Assembly: GCA_965249555.1 (NCBI GenBank) | Contig: OZ252243.1 | Coordinates: forward strand, 64,001-128,000 | Direction: 5' to 3' | From: Nitrosopumilus sp. | GTDB lineage: Archaea; Thermoproteota; Nitrososphaeria; Nitrososphaerales; Nitrosopumilaceae | Length of the DNA: 64,000 nt | In this document: positions 10,937 through 25,851 of the stretch, in pieces | Layout of the letters: every line of letters starts with the position of its first letter | How positions within the stretch are numbered: position 1 is the stretch's first letter | Translations under genes and position numbers: made by a program | The notes under the pieces: generated by a model | What the model saw: only the letters and a program-made list of their open reading frames with translations | Databases searched by the model: none | What the model was told of the DNA's origin: nothing

Positions 10937-10954
10937 CATCAGGGGCAAATCTGA

Positions 10955-15785
<4,831 letters not shown>

Positions 15786-16042
15786 AGAACCAAACCCATC
15801 CAATACACATAACGCCTGCAATGAGATGAGGATATCCGGTATGGTTTGCCAATTTCTCAGAACCATTCAAAATATGGAAATATGACAAGTCATTTGTCTT
15901 CAAGGTTGGTTCCTTGTTAAGCTAAAGGTTGGAGTCAGGAAAAAAGAAGTGATAATATCTGTAAAACCAAATGTTTCAAAGAGTGTAATCAAAAAGATTG
16001 ACCACATATTGCAAAAGTGTGGATTTGTAAAGGATTCTGGAA

Positions 16043-17463
16043 GTATGTATCAACCTTCACGCACAAATCAACACTATTACACAAAAAGATCTAAGATCAA
16101 CTAAATCATCATACAAAACATGTCAGGTTGTGGTCATGAGAAAATCATCATACAGCTACAAGCAGAGATAAAACAACTAAAACTAATCATAGAAAATCTC
16201 ATAGAATCAAACAAGGAACTGCAAAAAAAGCTGTCATATTATGAGAATGCGCACTCTCCGCCATCAAAGAATTCCCTTGAATGGAGAAAGCAAAAAAGAC
16301 AACACAGACAGCCAGGCAAATCAAGACGTGGTGGAATAGCAGGACACGTTGGCAAGACACAGAAATTCAGACCAACTAGCACCAAACACCACAGATCAGA
16401 TGCATGTCCCAAATGCGGTAGTGAAAATATTCATCAAACCAAAACCTGCAAAAGGATAATGGTTGAGATTCCTCCACCAACACCCTACGGTATAACTGAG
16501 CATGTTTTGAATCAATACATCTGCATGGACTGTTCTGATAATTTTCAAACCACGGGAAACCTTCCACCACATGGATGTTTTGATGGTTCAGTGACACGTG
16601 AGGTCGTCTCACTGTTCTCAAAGAGATTGACATACGATGCTATCAGAACCACACTCTATGAAAGATATGGATTAGAAATCAGCAATACAACCGTACAATC
16701 CATTCTTCGCAACGGTAGTGTGATGTTAGAGTCATTTTACAATACAATCCACAGCGAAATCGTGACTGAAAAGATTCTCGGAATCGATGAGACAGGATTT
16801 TCAATTGATGGAAATACTGGATGGATGTGGGTTGCAAGAAGCAAGACTAGTGCACAGTATGCCTTGGAGTACAGCAGAGGTGCCAATGTTCTAAAAAAGT
16901 ACTGGAAGAAATTCAAAGGAACCCTAGTGTCTGACGGATATGCTCCGTACAGGACAGTATTTTGTGATAACACAAAGCAGAGATGCACCGCACACCTGCA
17001 GCGCGATGCCAAATATCTGGCAATAAAATCACAGGACAAAAAGGCAAGGATTCTATATGAGAAACTCTCAGATATGCTAGGTCATGCCAGGGTTTGGAGT
17101 GTAGGTAATCGTCATACAAAACGGCGGGAAATGTACAGGGATGATTTACTAAAACAGCTAGACCGTATCATTGCACGATATTTGAAAGGTGATACGGAGA
17201 TGGTTCAGTTTGGCAAGAAGCTAAAGACTGCAAGGAACAGCATGTTTACGTTTGTCATGGATGGCGATGTCCCGTCAACTAACAATGATGCAGAGAATTC
17301 CATTCGAAAGTGCGTGATGCAGAGGAATGTTCGCGGGCAGATGAAGAGTGATCAGGGCATGAGGATGATCTCAGTCTTTCTCACATGCTTTGAGACATGG
17401 AGAATAAGGGAATTGAACATGTTTTCTGAGATGGCAAAATACATCTAAGTGCTTAATACATAC
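16043..17463 (+). mobile_element. IS66-family element, complete
   Basis: Ends GTATGTATCAA... and ...TTAATACATAC; 8-bp TSD TTCTGGAA (16035-16042 and 17464-17471). Confidence 0.93.
16120..17448 (+). CDS. IS66 TnpC-like DDE transposase
   Basis: Leucine zipper, NAHSPPS, CPKCG Zn finger, GIDETG, LVSDGY, QRCTAHLQRD, TNNDAENSIR. Confidence 0.93.
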   Translation: MSGCGHEKIIIQLQAEIKQLKLIIENLIESNKELQKKLSYYENAHSPPSKNSLEWRKQKRQHRQPGKSRRGGIAGHVGKTQKFRPTSTKHHRSDACPKCGSENIHQTKTCKRIMVEIPPPTPYGITEHVLNQYICMDCSDNFQTTGNLPPHGCFDGSVTREVVSLFSKRLTYDAIRTTLYERYGLEISNTTVQSILRNGSVMLESFYNTIHSEIVTEKILGIDETGFSIDGNTGWMWVARSKTSAQYALEYSRGANVLKKYWKKFKGTLVSDGYAPYRTVFCDNTKQRCTAHLQRDAKYLAIKSQDKKARILYEKLSDMLGHARVWSVGNRHTKRREMYRDDLLKQLDRIIARYLKGDTEMVQFGKKLKTARNSMFTFVMDGDVPSTNNDAENSIRKCVMQRNVRGQMKSDQGMRMISVFLTCFETWRIRELNMFSEMAKYI

Positions 17464-17619
17464 TTCTGGAAAAGAGCAATGGAGACGCAGGATTGATTCG
17501 ATTATGAATATGAGTCGTAGACGTACTGCAAATTTAGGTCTGGTGCCAGAACAGACATTTGAGGTATGCAATAGATGCGGGATTCAGGCACCCAGTAATA
17601 TCACAATAACTGGTTGATT

Positions 17620-17904
17620 TTAACAAATGTTTTGATTACTGTTGTTTTTCATACATTTACAGTCACCAACATTATCAGTACCAATATGAGACGCAAGTAA
17701 TGCCATTACAAATCTTGCTTCTTTTTCTCTAGTAAATAATATGTAACCATTACGATCAGTATTAGCGTTACTAGCATTATGTTGTCCTGGATAATTACAA
17801 TCTGGCATGTGTAGTTTGACATGTTTAGCTTCATTATTATCATCATTCCAATAAACAAGATGTGTTATTTCATCATAAACTTTTTGTACATTCTCAGAAA
17901 CCAT
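17620..17904 (-). CDS. hypothetical protein with H/C metal ligands
   Basis: 94 aa; KLHMPDC...CKC. Confidence 0.5.
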   Translation of the reverse strand: MVSENVQKVYDEITHLVYWNDDNNEAKHVKLHMPDCNYPGQHNASNANTDRNGYILFTREKEARFVMALLASHIGTDNVGDCKCMKNNSNQNIC

Positions 17905-17967
17905 AAAATAACCACGGATTTTTATTATTTAAATTGGATCATTTATTTTTCAAACAACGCAGGCATT

Positions 17968-18147
17968 TCATTTATCAGTATTCCAATCTGCTTTACCACA
18001 ATCAGGACATACTTTTTCTTTTAACAAATAATAACTTATTCCTGGGATAATTCCAAATAATAATGACACTCCTAGGATCTTGTTATTGATTACCTTTTCT
18101 GGATAAACAATTTTTTTGCAATTATTACACCATCTTCCTATTCCCAT
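17968..18147 (-). CDS. LITAF-like Zn-ribbon membrane microprotein, 59 aa
   Basis: Translated by hand: MGIGRWCNNCKK...hydrophobic core...KVCPDCGKADW. Confidence 0.6.
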   Translation of the reverse strand: MGIGRWCNNCKKIVYPEKVINNKILGVSLLFGIIPGISYYLLKEKVCPDCGKADWNTDK

Positions 18148-18219
18148 TACAATTGTTAAGAAAGATACTATAAAAATTTGATCAGATGTAGATTAGAACC
18201 TACACAGTATTTTAGGAGA

Positions 18220-18482
18220 TTCTCCCATACGAAATCGTCTCCAACCCTACTGAATACACAGTGCGCTTTGTACAATCAGGATATCTTTGATCTGCTTCTT
18301 TTACGGTTCTCCCATACGAAATCGTCTCCAACCCTACTGAGGACACTTACTAGCGTGCTTTGCTGAATCAGGACATCTCAGATATGCTTTGCATCTTCTT
18401 ATACTTTCGTTGTGTCAGTTCATGATTTTGTGTACGATACTTTTCAGTGCCCTTCAGATTATTGCAAGCATCTGCCTTGCAG
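18220..18482 (-). mobile_element. two tandem IS110 right-end remnants with transposase C-terminal fragment
   Basis: 34-bp direct repeat at 18220-18253 and 18307-18340; 18307-18482 is the reverse complement of the IS110 3' end at about 26240-26424. Confidence 0.8.
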
Positions 18483-18813
18483 TTCTCCGGTCCAACTGCA
18501 GGGTGATTCAATCAAGATTGCCCCAAGATATTGAGTAAACAAGAAGATTTGAAGGGAGATTAATGATATTTTGAGACTTTACAAGTTTTGTGGGGTATCA
18601 AATGGCAAAGATATCTCAAATGATCCTAAAACACAATTGATCATAATTATTGGTATCATCATTAGCTCCTCTTGGGCTCACCTTTTTTTGTTGTTGGGCT
18701 AATCTTTTATAGAAAATATAAAAAACTAAAAACACAATAGCTTACAAAACTAGATATGCAACTAGGGTAGTTTTTGCCCAAGCAAACAAAACAGCACAAT
18801 AAATGATATTGTA

Positions 18814-19920
18814 TTATTTGGAAAATGTTACAACACAACCATCAGGGTAAGACTGAGCATTAGTTTTTCTATTAGTCACTGAAAGTATTTGTGAATGAGT
18901 TTTACGTTCCAGAAATTTCAATATATTTTTTTTAAATAAATATGGAGTATCAGTAATAACAAATTTGTAAATTTTATCGATTTCAGCAGATGTGCCTTTA
19001 AAATGTTCAAAGATTAATTCAGCCGCATTAGGCATCCATGTATTACCGTCTTTAATATTCACAAAAAAGGTCTGTCCAAACCCCATTCTATCTGAAAAGG
19101 AATACCTTCCTCTACTGTCAACTTTTAACATTGCTTTTTTCATTACTTCCAAACCTTTCCAATGTTTAGTTCCAAAAATTAAATGATATACCACATTGTT
19201 ATTTTCTCCAACCATTTCAAATGAACGAACATATTTTGAGCCGTTATCTTCCATAAGTTTTTTTTCGTATAATTTCAATAAAAAATCAATTCGGTCTTCA
19301 GTTTTAGCAATAGTTCTTGCTTGGATAAATTCTTTTGAACCATATAATTTAGTAACCGCATCTTCATGAGATGGATCTAAAAATCTATTAACAAAACCAG
19401 TCATAAAAGTAATCAAGACTTCACATTTATCATTAGCAAGCAATCGTTTTACCAAATCCATAGGGAAATCAGAATAACCAAATGGATCGATAAATGCAAA
19501 TGTGGGGGCAAGTTGTTGATCTTTTTTCTCCAATTCATCCAACATGGTTCTAACACTTTTTTCAAAATCAGAGTCAATTATCTGATAATTCATATTTTCA
19601 GGAATTTGTTTAAATTTTTCTTCCAAAGTTTGTTTCAAGACATTAGATCTTCTTTTATCATTTTCAATAAATGCAAAGGTGATATTGGTCGTGGGTTTTA
19701 GCATCCTATGTTCAACTGCTGTTTTCACAGCAATTACAGGGGAGCCATCTTCGCCATCCTTGTATTTTCCAGGGCCTGCAAACCCATCAAGATATACAAT
19801 TCTATTTTCCCATCTTCCAATTATAGGAAACCATGCCTTTAGATATTCTTCAAGGATTTGATGTTTGGCAATAGTATGGGACTCGATAGACCATGTTGTA
19901 GGTATTTTTTCGTGCACCAT
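18814..19920 (-). CDS. tcmP: three-Cys-motif partner protein (TcmP, GMT-wHTH methyltransferase fold)
   Basis: HTIAKHQILEEYLKAW, YLDGFAGPG, GSPVIA, FAFIDPFGY, YHLIFGTKHWKG. Confidence 0.85.
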   Translation of the reverse strand: MVHEKIPTTWSIESHTIAKHQILEEYLKAWFPIIGRWENRIVYLDGFAGPGKYKDGEDGSPVIAVKTAVEHRMLKPTTNITFAFIENDKRRSNVLKQTLEEKFKQIPENMNYQIIDSDFEKSVRTMLDELEKKDQQLAPTFAFIDPFGYSDFPMDLVKRLLANDKCEVLITFMTGFVNRFLDPSHEDAVTKLYGSKEFIQARTIAKTEDRIDFLLKLYEKKLMEDNGSKYVRSFEMVGENNNVVYHLIFGTKHWKGLEVMKKAMLKVDSRGRYSFSDRMGFGQTFFVNIKDGNTWMPNAAELIFEHFKGTSAEIDKIYKFVITDTPYLFKKNILKFLERKTHSQILSVTNRKTNAQSYPDGCVVTFSK

Positions 19921-19995
19921 TTCTTAGACTGATTGTTAATGTCTTATGAAGGAGACATTTAAACATTTTAAAGTTCATTAAGAACAGTAAGGACA

Positions 19996-20832
19996 GTGGC
20001 TATTGATTCTGGAATTGAGTGGACAGAGGCAACATGGAACCCCACTAGCGGATGTAGTAAAATATCTTCAGGATGTAAAAACTGCTATGCAGAAACTTTA
20101 ACAAAAAGACTGAAAGCGATGGGGCAACAAAAATACAAGAAAGGATTTCAGTATATAGAACACCCATCAGATGTTGAATTGCCACTAACATGGAAAAAAC
20201 CAAAAAAGATTTTTGTGAACAGCATGTCAGATTTGTTTCATGAAAAATCAACATTTGAATTTACAGGAAAATGTTTCTCAACTATGATTCAAGCAGATCA
20301 TCATGATTATCAGATCCTTACTAAACGACCAAAAAGAATGACTGAATTTTCAGAATTATTTTTCAAATATTTTGGTCATAAAATTCCAAATTTTATGTGG
20401 ATGGGGGTTAGTATTGAAAATAAAAATTATGTTTCAAGAATTAATGATTTACGTAAAGTGAAATGCCATACAAGATTTATCAGTTTTGAACCATTGCTTG
20501 ATTCGGTAGGAAAAGTGAATTTACGAGGAATCGACTGGGTGATTATCGGAGGTGAAAGTGGACATCACTATCGCCCAGTAAAAAAAGAATGGATTGAAGA
20601 AATCATAGAACAATGCAAAGAACAAGGAGTGGCAATATTTTTCAAACAATGGGGAGGATTCAGACCTAAAGCAGGAGGAAGAACAATCAACAGGAGGAAA
20701 TACAGTGAGTACCCAGAAATTAAAAAAAAGAATTCTTTAAAGAAGGTTCATTTTGATGAAACAGCATTTTCCGAAATATGTTTAATGCATGAAGTTCAAA
20801 AGAAAAGAGAGAATCAAATTACTACAAGATAA
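19996..20832 (+). CDS. DUF5131 / phage Gp37-Gp68 family protein (three-Cys, radical-SAM-like)
   Basis: IEWTEATWNPTSGCSKISSGCKNCYA, FVNSMSDLFH, ILTKRP, SFEPLL, IIGGESG, FFKQWGG. Confidence 0.9.
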   Translation: MAIDSGIEWTEATWNPTSGCSKISSGCKNCYAETLTKRLKAMGQQKYKKGFQYIEHPSDVELPLTWKKPKKIFVNSMSDLFHEKSTFEFTGKCFSTMIQADHHDYQILTKRPKRMTEFSELFFKYFGHKIPNFMWMGVSIENKNYVSRINDLRKVKCHTRFISFEPLLDSVGKVNLRGIDWVIIGGESGHHYRPVKKEWIEEIIEQCKEQGVAIFFKQWGGFRPKAGGRTINRRKYSEYPEIKKKNSLKKVHFDETAFSEICLMHEVQKKRENQITTR

Positions 20833-20908
20833 GTGACAAATCAAAACAAAAAATTCTTACAAAAACCAATCGATATGTTACATGAAGAATATCCAATCAA
20901 CGATGTTA

Positions 20909-21979
20909 TAGCGAAGAGTCAAAGTTCGTGAACTAAAAATCATCAAAACAAAAGACTTTTTGATCACCACACACAATGAAACACATGAACAAGTTAGAAC
21001 AGCTTGAAGCAGCATACAAAAAGGAAAACTCCAAAGATATAGTCAGGATGCTTGCAGTACTAATGGTTCTCAAAGATGGTAAGGAATTAGAGTACACCGC
21101 ACAAACACTACACCGCTGTACAAACTGGGTACGCAAATGGGTTGATCGTTTTAACGTAGATGGCCTCTACGATCACCCAAGGAGTGAAAGACCATGTGTA
21201 ATCACAAAGAAGCAAATGAATTCTATCATGCTCAAAATTATGTTGACACTATTTACACCTGTAATGCTGCAGCAGACAATATTTGATTCTACTGGAATAA
21301 AATTTCACATAACACATGTCAGAAAAATAATGCGCCAGTATGGAATGTCTGCTAAAACTGCACAAATATCACGTCAATCATGCAAGTGTAACAGCTGGGC
21401 AGCAACGCATGAAAAAGAGAATTCCACACCTAAAAAAGAGTGGATTCACCATTGCAATGCTTGATGAGGCATTCTTTGTTAGGGATGTAAAAGCAGGACG
21501 AAAATATTGGTCACCAGTTGCCAAAAGAATATTTCTCCCATATGTGGGAAACCATGAAAGTTTGGCAGTGTATGGAACAATTACAATCAATGGAGACCAA
21601 CTGTTTAGAATTTATAAAAAATTCAACGGCATAACATTTGTAGAATATCTAAAAGAGTTACACTACAAATATGGTAAAATTGCGCTGATACTTGACAGGG
21701 CATCAGTGCACAAATCAAAGAAGGTCAAGGACTTTTTGACAGATAATCCAGATGTTAAACTGATTTGGCTACCAAAAGGACCCACCATATCTAAACATGA
21801 TAGAGCAGTGTTGGAAAATAAACAAGCATGTGTTGTTGGTATCAGAATATTATGCAATGTTTACAATAATGAATAATGCAGTGTCACAATACTTTGGAAC
21901 AAAAAAATTCAAACTTGATGTTGTTAATTATATTTTTAGAAATCCTGCAAAGATGTTCACGAACTTTTGATCGTCGCTA
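20909..21979 (+). mobile_element. IS630-family element with frameshifted transposase (20976 to about 21970)
   Basis: Imperfect TIRs TAGCGAAGAGTCAAAGTTCGTGAAC / TAGCGACGATCAAAAGTTCGTGAAC, TA duplication; HTH, LDEAFF, ILDRASVHKS, LPKGSPYLN-IE motifs. Confidence 0.9.
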
Positions 21980-21988
21980 TACAATAAC

Positions 21989-22046
21989 ATGAATAACGAA
22001 ATACAACGAAAAATAACTAGTCTAACACTAATGACAATCTTGGCGC
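21989..22046 (+). pseudogene. stranded N-terminus of an S-layer-like secreted protein
   Basis: MNNEIQRKITSLTLMTILA resembles Nitrosopumilus S-layer-type signal peptides (from memory); followed directly by IS110 left-end DNA. Confidence 0.5.
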
Positions 22047-23107
22047 ATAGTCCAATCAACTATAATTATCCCTCTTTCAATGATGAAAACATTTTGTTAA
22101 CTAAGAATGGCGTCCAACAGACTAACTCAAAGTGAGCGGAAAACAAAATACCACATAGATGGTGAATGGGAGCATTCCGCTAGATCAGGCAATTTGATCA
22201 AAAAGGAGGTGATAATATGATCAGCATAGGAATTGATGTTCACAAGAAGAAATGTGTTGCAACAATAAAACGGGAATCCAGAGAGAAGCTAGAGCAGACA
22301 AGCTTTGATAATACCACAAATGGAATAATGGGTTTTATCAAACACGTCAAAAAGACATATGGCAATGACATACAGGCAGTATGCGAGTCAACTGCAAACT
22401 ATTGGATCAGACTACATGACACACTAGAGGACCATGGAATTGATACAATTCTTGCACATCCTGCAAAGATCAAGATAATTGCACAGGCAAAGCTAAAAAA
22501 CGACAAACTTGATTCAGACGTATTGGCAGACTTGCTAAGAGCAGACATGGTGTACAGCTCATTCGTACCAGAAAAATACTATAGAGACTATACAGTCTGG
22601 TAAGAACCAGACTGAATCGCGTGCGAAGTGTCTCAAGACACAAAAACATGATTTATGCAATACTTGCAAAATATGATTACACCCACAAAGACATTCTCGC
22701 AGAAAGGAGTCAGATGGTTGCATGAAATTAATCTGAGTGAGGTTGACAGAATGGCAATGGATGCATATCTTGATACCACAGATATGACGCAAAAACAGAT
22801 CAACACAATTGAGATAAAGATTGCAGTAATGAGGATGAGAAAACAAGACTACTAATGACCATTCCTGGAATAAACTATGTCACGGCATTGACAATAATTT
22901 CAGAGATAGTTGACATCAGCAGATTTGCAACAGCAGAAAAACTAGTCTCATATGCAGGACTTGCACCATCGCACAGGGACAGTGCAGATGTGCACCGAGG
23001 AGGCGGAATAACAAAGAGGGGTTCTGCATGGTTACGTAACGCAATGGTAGAGGCCGCAAATACTACAGTACGATTTGATGAAAGAATGGAATCATTCTAT
23101 TTCAGAA
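22047..23107 (+). mobile_element. IS110-family element, left end plus 5' part of frameshifted transposase (starts 22217)
   Basis: IGIDVHK, AVCESTANYW, KNDKLDS, TIPGIN, YAGLAPSHRDSA, TKRGSAWLR; GGAGG SD; left boundary approximate. Confidence 0.88.
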
Positions 23108-23256
23108 AATTGTTTGCTGTTACCTTCTGATGGTGCTCTCAAATTCTTTTTGGTTGTTTGTATCTGGTTCATACTTAGTATACGGCACTACGCCATATAT
23201 ACTTTATGCCATATATGATACATAGCCATATATACTACTAAGATTAGTATGAAATA

Positions 23257-23400
23257 TTGAGCAAAAAAGTTGATGGTGATTATTACAGACATGAATGTAA
23301 CAGATGTTACCATATATGGTATTCTACAACATCTGATCCAAAATCATGTGCAGGGCGTTCTTGTAAATCTCCATACTGGAATAAACCTAGACAAAGATAA
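23257..23400 (+). CDS. small Zn-finger protein (archaeal virus/plasmid type), 47 aa, TTG start
   Basis: Translated by hand: HECNRCYHIW...PKSCAGRSCKSPYWNKPR. Confidence 0.65.
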   Translation: MSKKVDGDYYRHECNRCYHIWYSTTSDPKSCAGRSCKSPYWNKPRQR

Positions 23401-23427
23401 TATGATGTCAAGTTATACTGTTGTTGT

Positions 23428-23501
23428 GGGCTGGTAGCTTAGAATGGTAAAGCACTGGGCTGAAACCTCAGACGTTGGGGGCTCAAGTCCCTCCCAGTCC
23501 A
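23428..23501 (+). tRNA. tRNA-Phe(GAA)-like gene, atypical, probably element-borne
   Basis: Cloverleaf: GGGCTGG/CCAGTCC, D stem GCTT/AAGC, anticodon stem CTGGG/CTCAG with loop CTGAAAC, T stem GGGGG/CCCTC with loop CTCAAGT; no encoded CCA. Confidence 0.8.
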
Positions 23502-23663
23502 CAATGTTTTTATTATTATTGAATTTTACCAGTGTAGGTTTCAGTCCAGTAACTCTACTATTCTGAGTTACCTTTTTTTTAAATATTAATCCATCTTGGA
23601 AAGCAATTACAAATAACACTAGGATTAAAATTATTTTAAATATAAAAAAAATCAAAATCTGTT

Positions 23664-24455
23664 CTAATCCAAGAACATGACTTTGACATAAGGAGACAAT
23701 CTCACATCTGAATCATCATCATAGTATACAGATGATGACATTACAGTAAGATCACCAGATGACGCATATGGACATGGGTAAATAGCAGCACCTGTGCTAA
23801 AGTTTGGCATTGAAGCAGCACAAAAATACAAACCAGCATCATCATCTACTGCATAATGAGACAACTCTGCATAATCATATTCTGTGAAATCACAAGGCCA
23901 AGAACCAACATACATGCTACCAGGTGCATTCCAAAATGCATCAATTGTATGAACGCCAGTATCAACTAAACCTGCAACTATCATGGAATAATCCCAACCC
24001 CAACAAGAATCCTGAGTTCCTCTAAACTCAAAATCACTGAATCCATTTGTAGCATAAGCTACTGGAAGTCCTATCATTTGAGTTGAGATGTCATCAGATT
24101 CTTCTGGAACAAGAACAGTATGAGAATATCTATCACCTGCGTGTTCTTTTAACTGTTCAAGTTTTTCATCAAGCTCAGCTACTAGTCCTGCTTTGTCATT
24201 CTCATTTGCTTGCTGGATTTTTTCACCTAAGACAAGTACATCTTTAAAGTCATTAAGACCTGCAAGTTTTTTGGTTAGTTCCTCACGTTCATTTGGTTCA
24301 GCTTTGTCAAGTTGATCACGAAATTCTTTGATCATTTCATTGATTCGCTCTTTTGCCATAATGTCCAAATCTACCTCATTAATTGCACTAACAGATAATA
24401 TTGGGATAATAACTGCTACCACAAGTATGGGTATCAAGAAAGTATATTTCTTCAT
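23664..24455 (-). CDS. secreted hypothetical protein
   Basis: Signal peptide MKKYTFLIPILVVAVIIPILSVSA, coiled-coil region, Cys-containing acidic C-domain. Confidence 0.7.
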   Translation of the reverse strand: MKKYTFLIPILVVAVIIPILSVSAINEVDLDIMAKERINEMIKEFRDQLDKAEPNEREELTKKLAGLNDFKDVLVLGEKIQQANENDKAGLVAELDEKLEQLKEHAGDRYSHTVLVPEESDDISTQMIGLPVAYATNGFSDFEFRGTQDSCWGWDYSMIVAGLVDTGVHTIDAFWNAPGSMYVGSWPCDFTEYDYAELSHYAVDDDAGLYFCAASMPNFSTGAAIYPCPYASSGDLTVMSSSVYYDDDSDVRLSPYVKVMFLD

Positions 24456-24641
24456 TATAGATCATTGGTTTTTTAACTAATAAAGTTAGCTTTTCAAGTG
24501 TAGGAATTTCTTGGATTTGCAGGCACCACAGATAGGCCATCCTTTTTCAGATAGTTCTAATGGTACATTACTACTCCAACAGAAATGACATAGACCTCGC
24601 AAGATCTAAGAATTATATACTTGAAACTAAAAGAATTCACA

Positions 24642-24782
24642 TTGTCAAAATACTGTGAAAAACATAAAATTCACTATGATGTACAATGTCCAAAATGTCA
24701 TCCTGAGTCTTTAGCTGGTTCAGGAAGTGTTGAGGATCAGTTTGGAAAATCTGATGATCCTGGATTACAAGCTGGCCATTAA
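24642..24782 (+). CDS. small Zn-binding protein, 46 aa, TTG start
   Basis: Translated by hand: YCEKHKIHYDVQCPKCHP. Confidence 0.45.
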   Translation: MSKYCEKHKIHYDVQCPKCHPESLAGSGSVEDQFGKSDDPGLQAGH

Positions 24783-25252
24783 ATTTCATTTTTCATAAAC
24801 TTTTGAATATCTACATATGCAGTTGGAAATTCTTTTTGCATATTTGTGATAATTTCTTGGACTTTGGTGTCTTCTTTTAATAATTTTAATGTGATTCGTA
24901 ATAATTTCAATGCGTATTCTTTTTGTATTGTTTTTTCATTAATATAGAAAATCACATTTTCTAATCTGCCAAGCAGAACCTTGACCTCATGTTCACTTTG
25001 AAATTCAATTGATTTGTCGTTTTTTCTTTCATGTAGTGTATTGACTGTAGTTTTATTTTGTTTTAATATGTCATTGATATGAGTTAATACAAAAACGGCA
25101 GAATCAAACTTTGTTTTCTGATTTAGAGATCTACGTAAAAAATATGCAGTGATGAACACTCCTGATAAACTAATAACAGTTAGAATTATACCAAAACATT
25201 CTACCAATTGTATCAATGTTAATCCAAGTATGAAGCTTATTTCTGTTACCAT
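24779..25252 (-). CDS. membrane-anchored hypothetical protein
   Basis: N-terminal TM segment followed by a helical domain. Confidence 0.6.
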   Translation of the reverse strand: MVTEISFILGLTLIQLVECFGIILTVISLSGVFITAYFLRRSLNQKTKFDSAVFVLTHINDILKQNKTTVNTLHERKNDKSIEFQSEHEVKVLLGRLENVIFYINEKTIQKEYALKLLRITLKLLKEDTKVQEIITNMQKEFPTAYVDIQKFMKNEI

Positions 25253-25296
25253 TTGATTTCTTTGTATACTTTATAACAAAAGAATTAATACAAAAC

Positions 25297-25851
25297 TTAT
25301 TTCCTAACTCTTTGATCCCAAATAGCTAGGAATGAATCAAACCTGTTTCCTATGATAGGTTTGTTATTTTCATCTAGGAAATTGATTCGTTTGTCAAGTG
25401 GGATGATGTTTGACTTTGGTAGTGGTGTCCAAACACATTCCCTAAACCAATCAGAATTATACCAAGGTAAGATTCCGATGTTGACTGTATTGTGTTTAAT
25501 TGCCTCAAAGATAGCCTTCTCACACCACTCAAAGATGCACGGAGTGTAAATAATTTGGTCATCATCATTGTATCTTGGTTTGTTGTTTTCATCGAGAGAT
25601 ATTTTTGAGAATGGGGGATTAAAAATACTGTTATGTTTCCAATCTTGGAGCAATCCGTTTTCTTTTGGTGTGAAAAAGATGCCACCTTGCTCTATGGGAA
25701 CAAGGCAGTCATCAGGTCCACTGCAGCAGGGGTCTAGTTTCAGATCAAAGGATTTTATTAATTTGTTTACTGTCCAATTAGTACCAAGTGGTGAATCACC
25801 TTTTGGTGTTCGTAGTAGGTTGTGGGATTTATCAACTGGAGCTACAGTCAT
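25297..25851 (-). CDS. phage-type DNA N6-adenine methyltransferase (Dam/PF05869-like)
   Basis: FDLKLDPC, FFTPKENGLLQDW, IFNPPFS, RINF. Confidence 0.8.
   Translation of the reverse strand: MTVAPVDKSHNLLRTPKGDSPLGTNWTVNKLIKSFDLKLDPCCSGPDDCLVPIEQGGIFFTPKENGLLQDWKHNSIFNPPFSKISLDENNKPRYNDDDQIIYTPCIFEWCEKAIFEAIKHNTVNIGILPWYNSDWFRECVWTPLPKSNIIPLDKRINFLDENNKPIIGNRFDSFLAIWDQRVRK

Noticed and set aside
18220-18340. Mini-CRISPR (34-bp repeat, 53-bp spacer)
   Set aside because: Only two units; the repeat is the IS110 right end (matches about 26392-26424), the spacer is homologous to IS110 sequence, and no cas genes are present
23413-23655. 80-aa minus-strand ORF
   Set aside because: Antisense translation of the tRNA (WEGLEPPTS signature)
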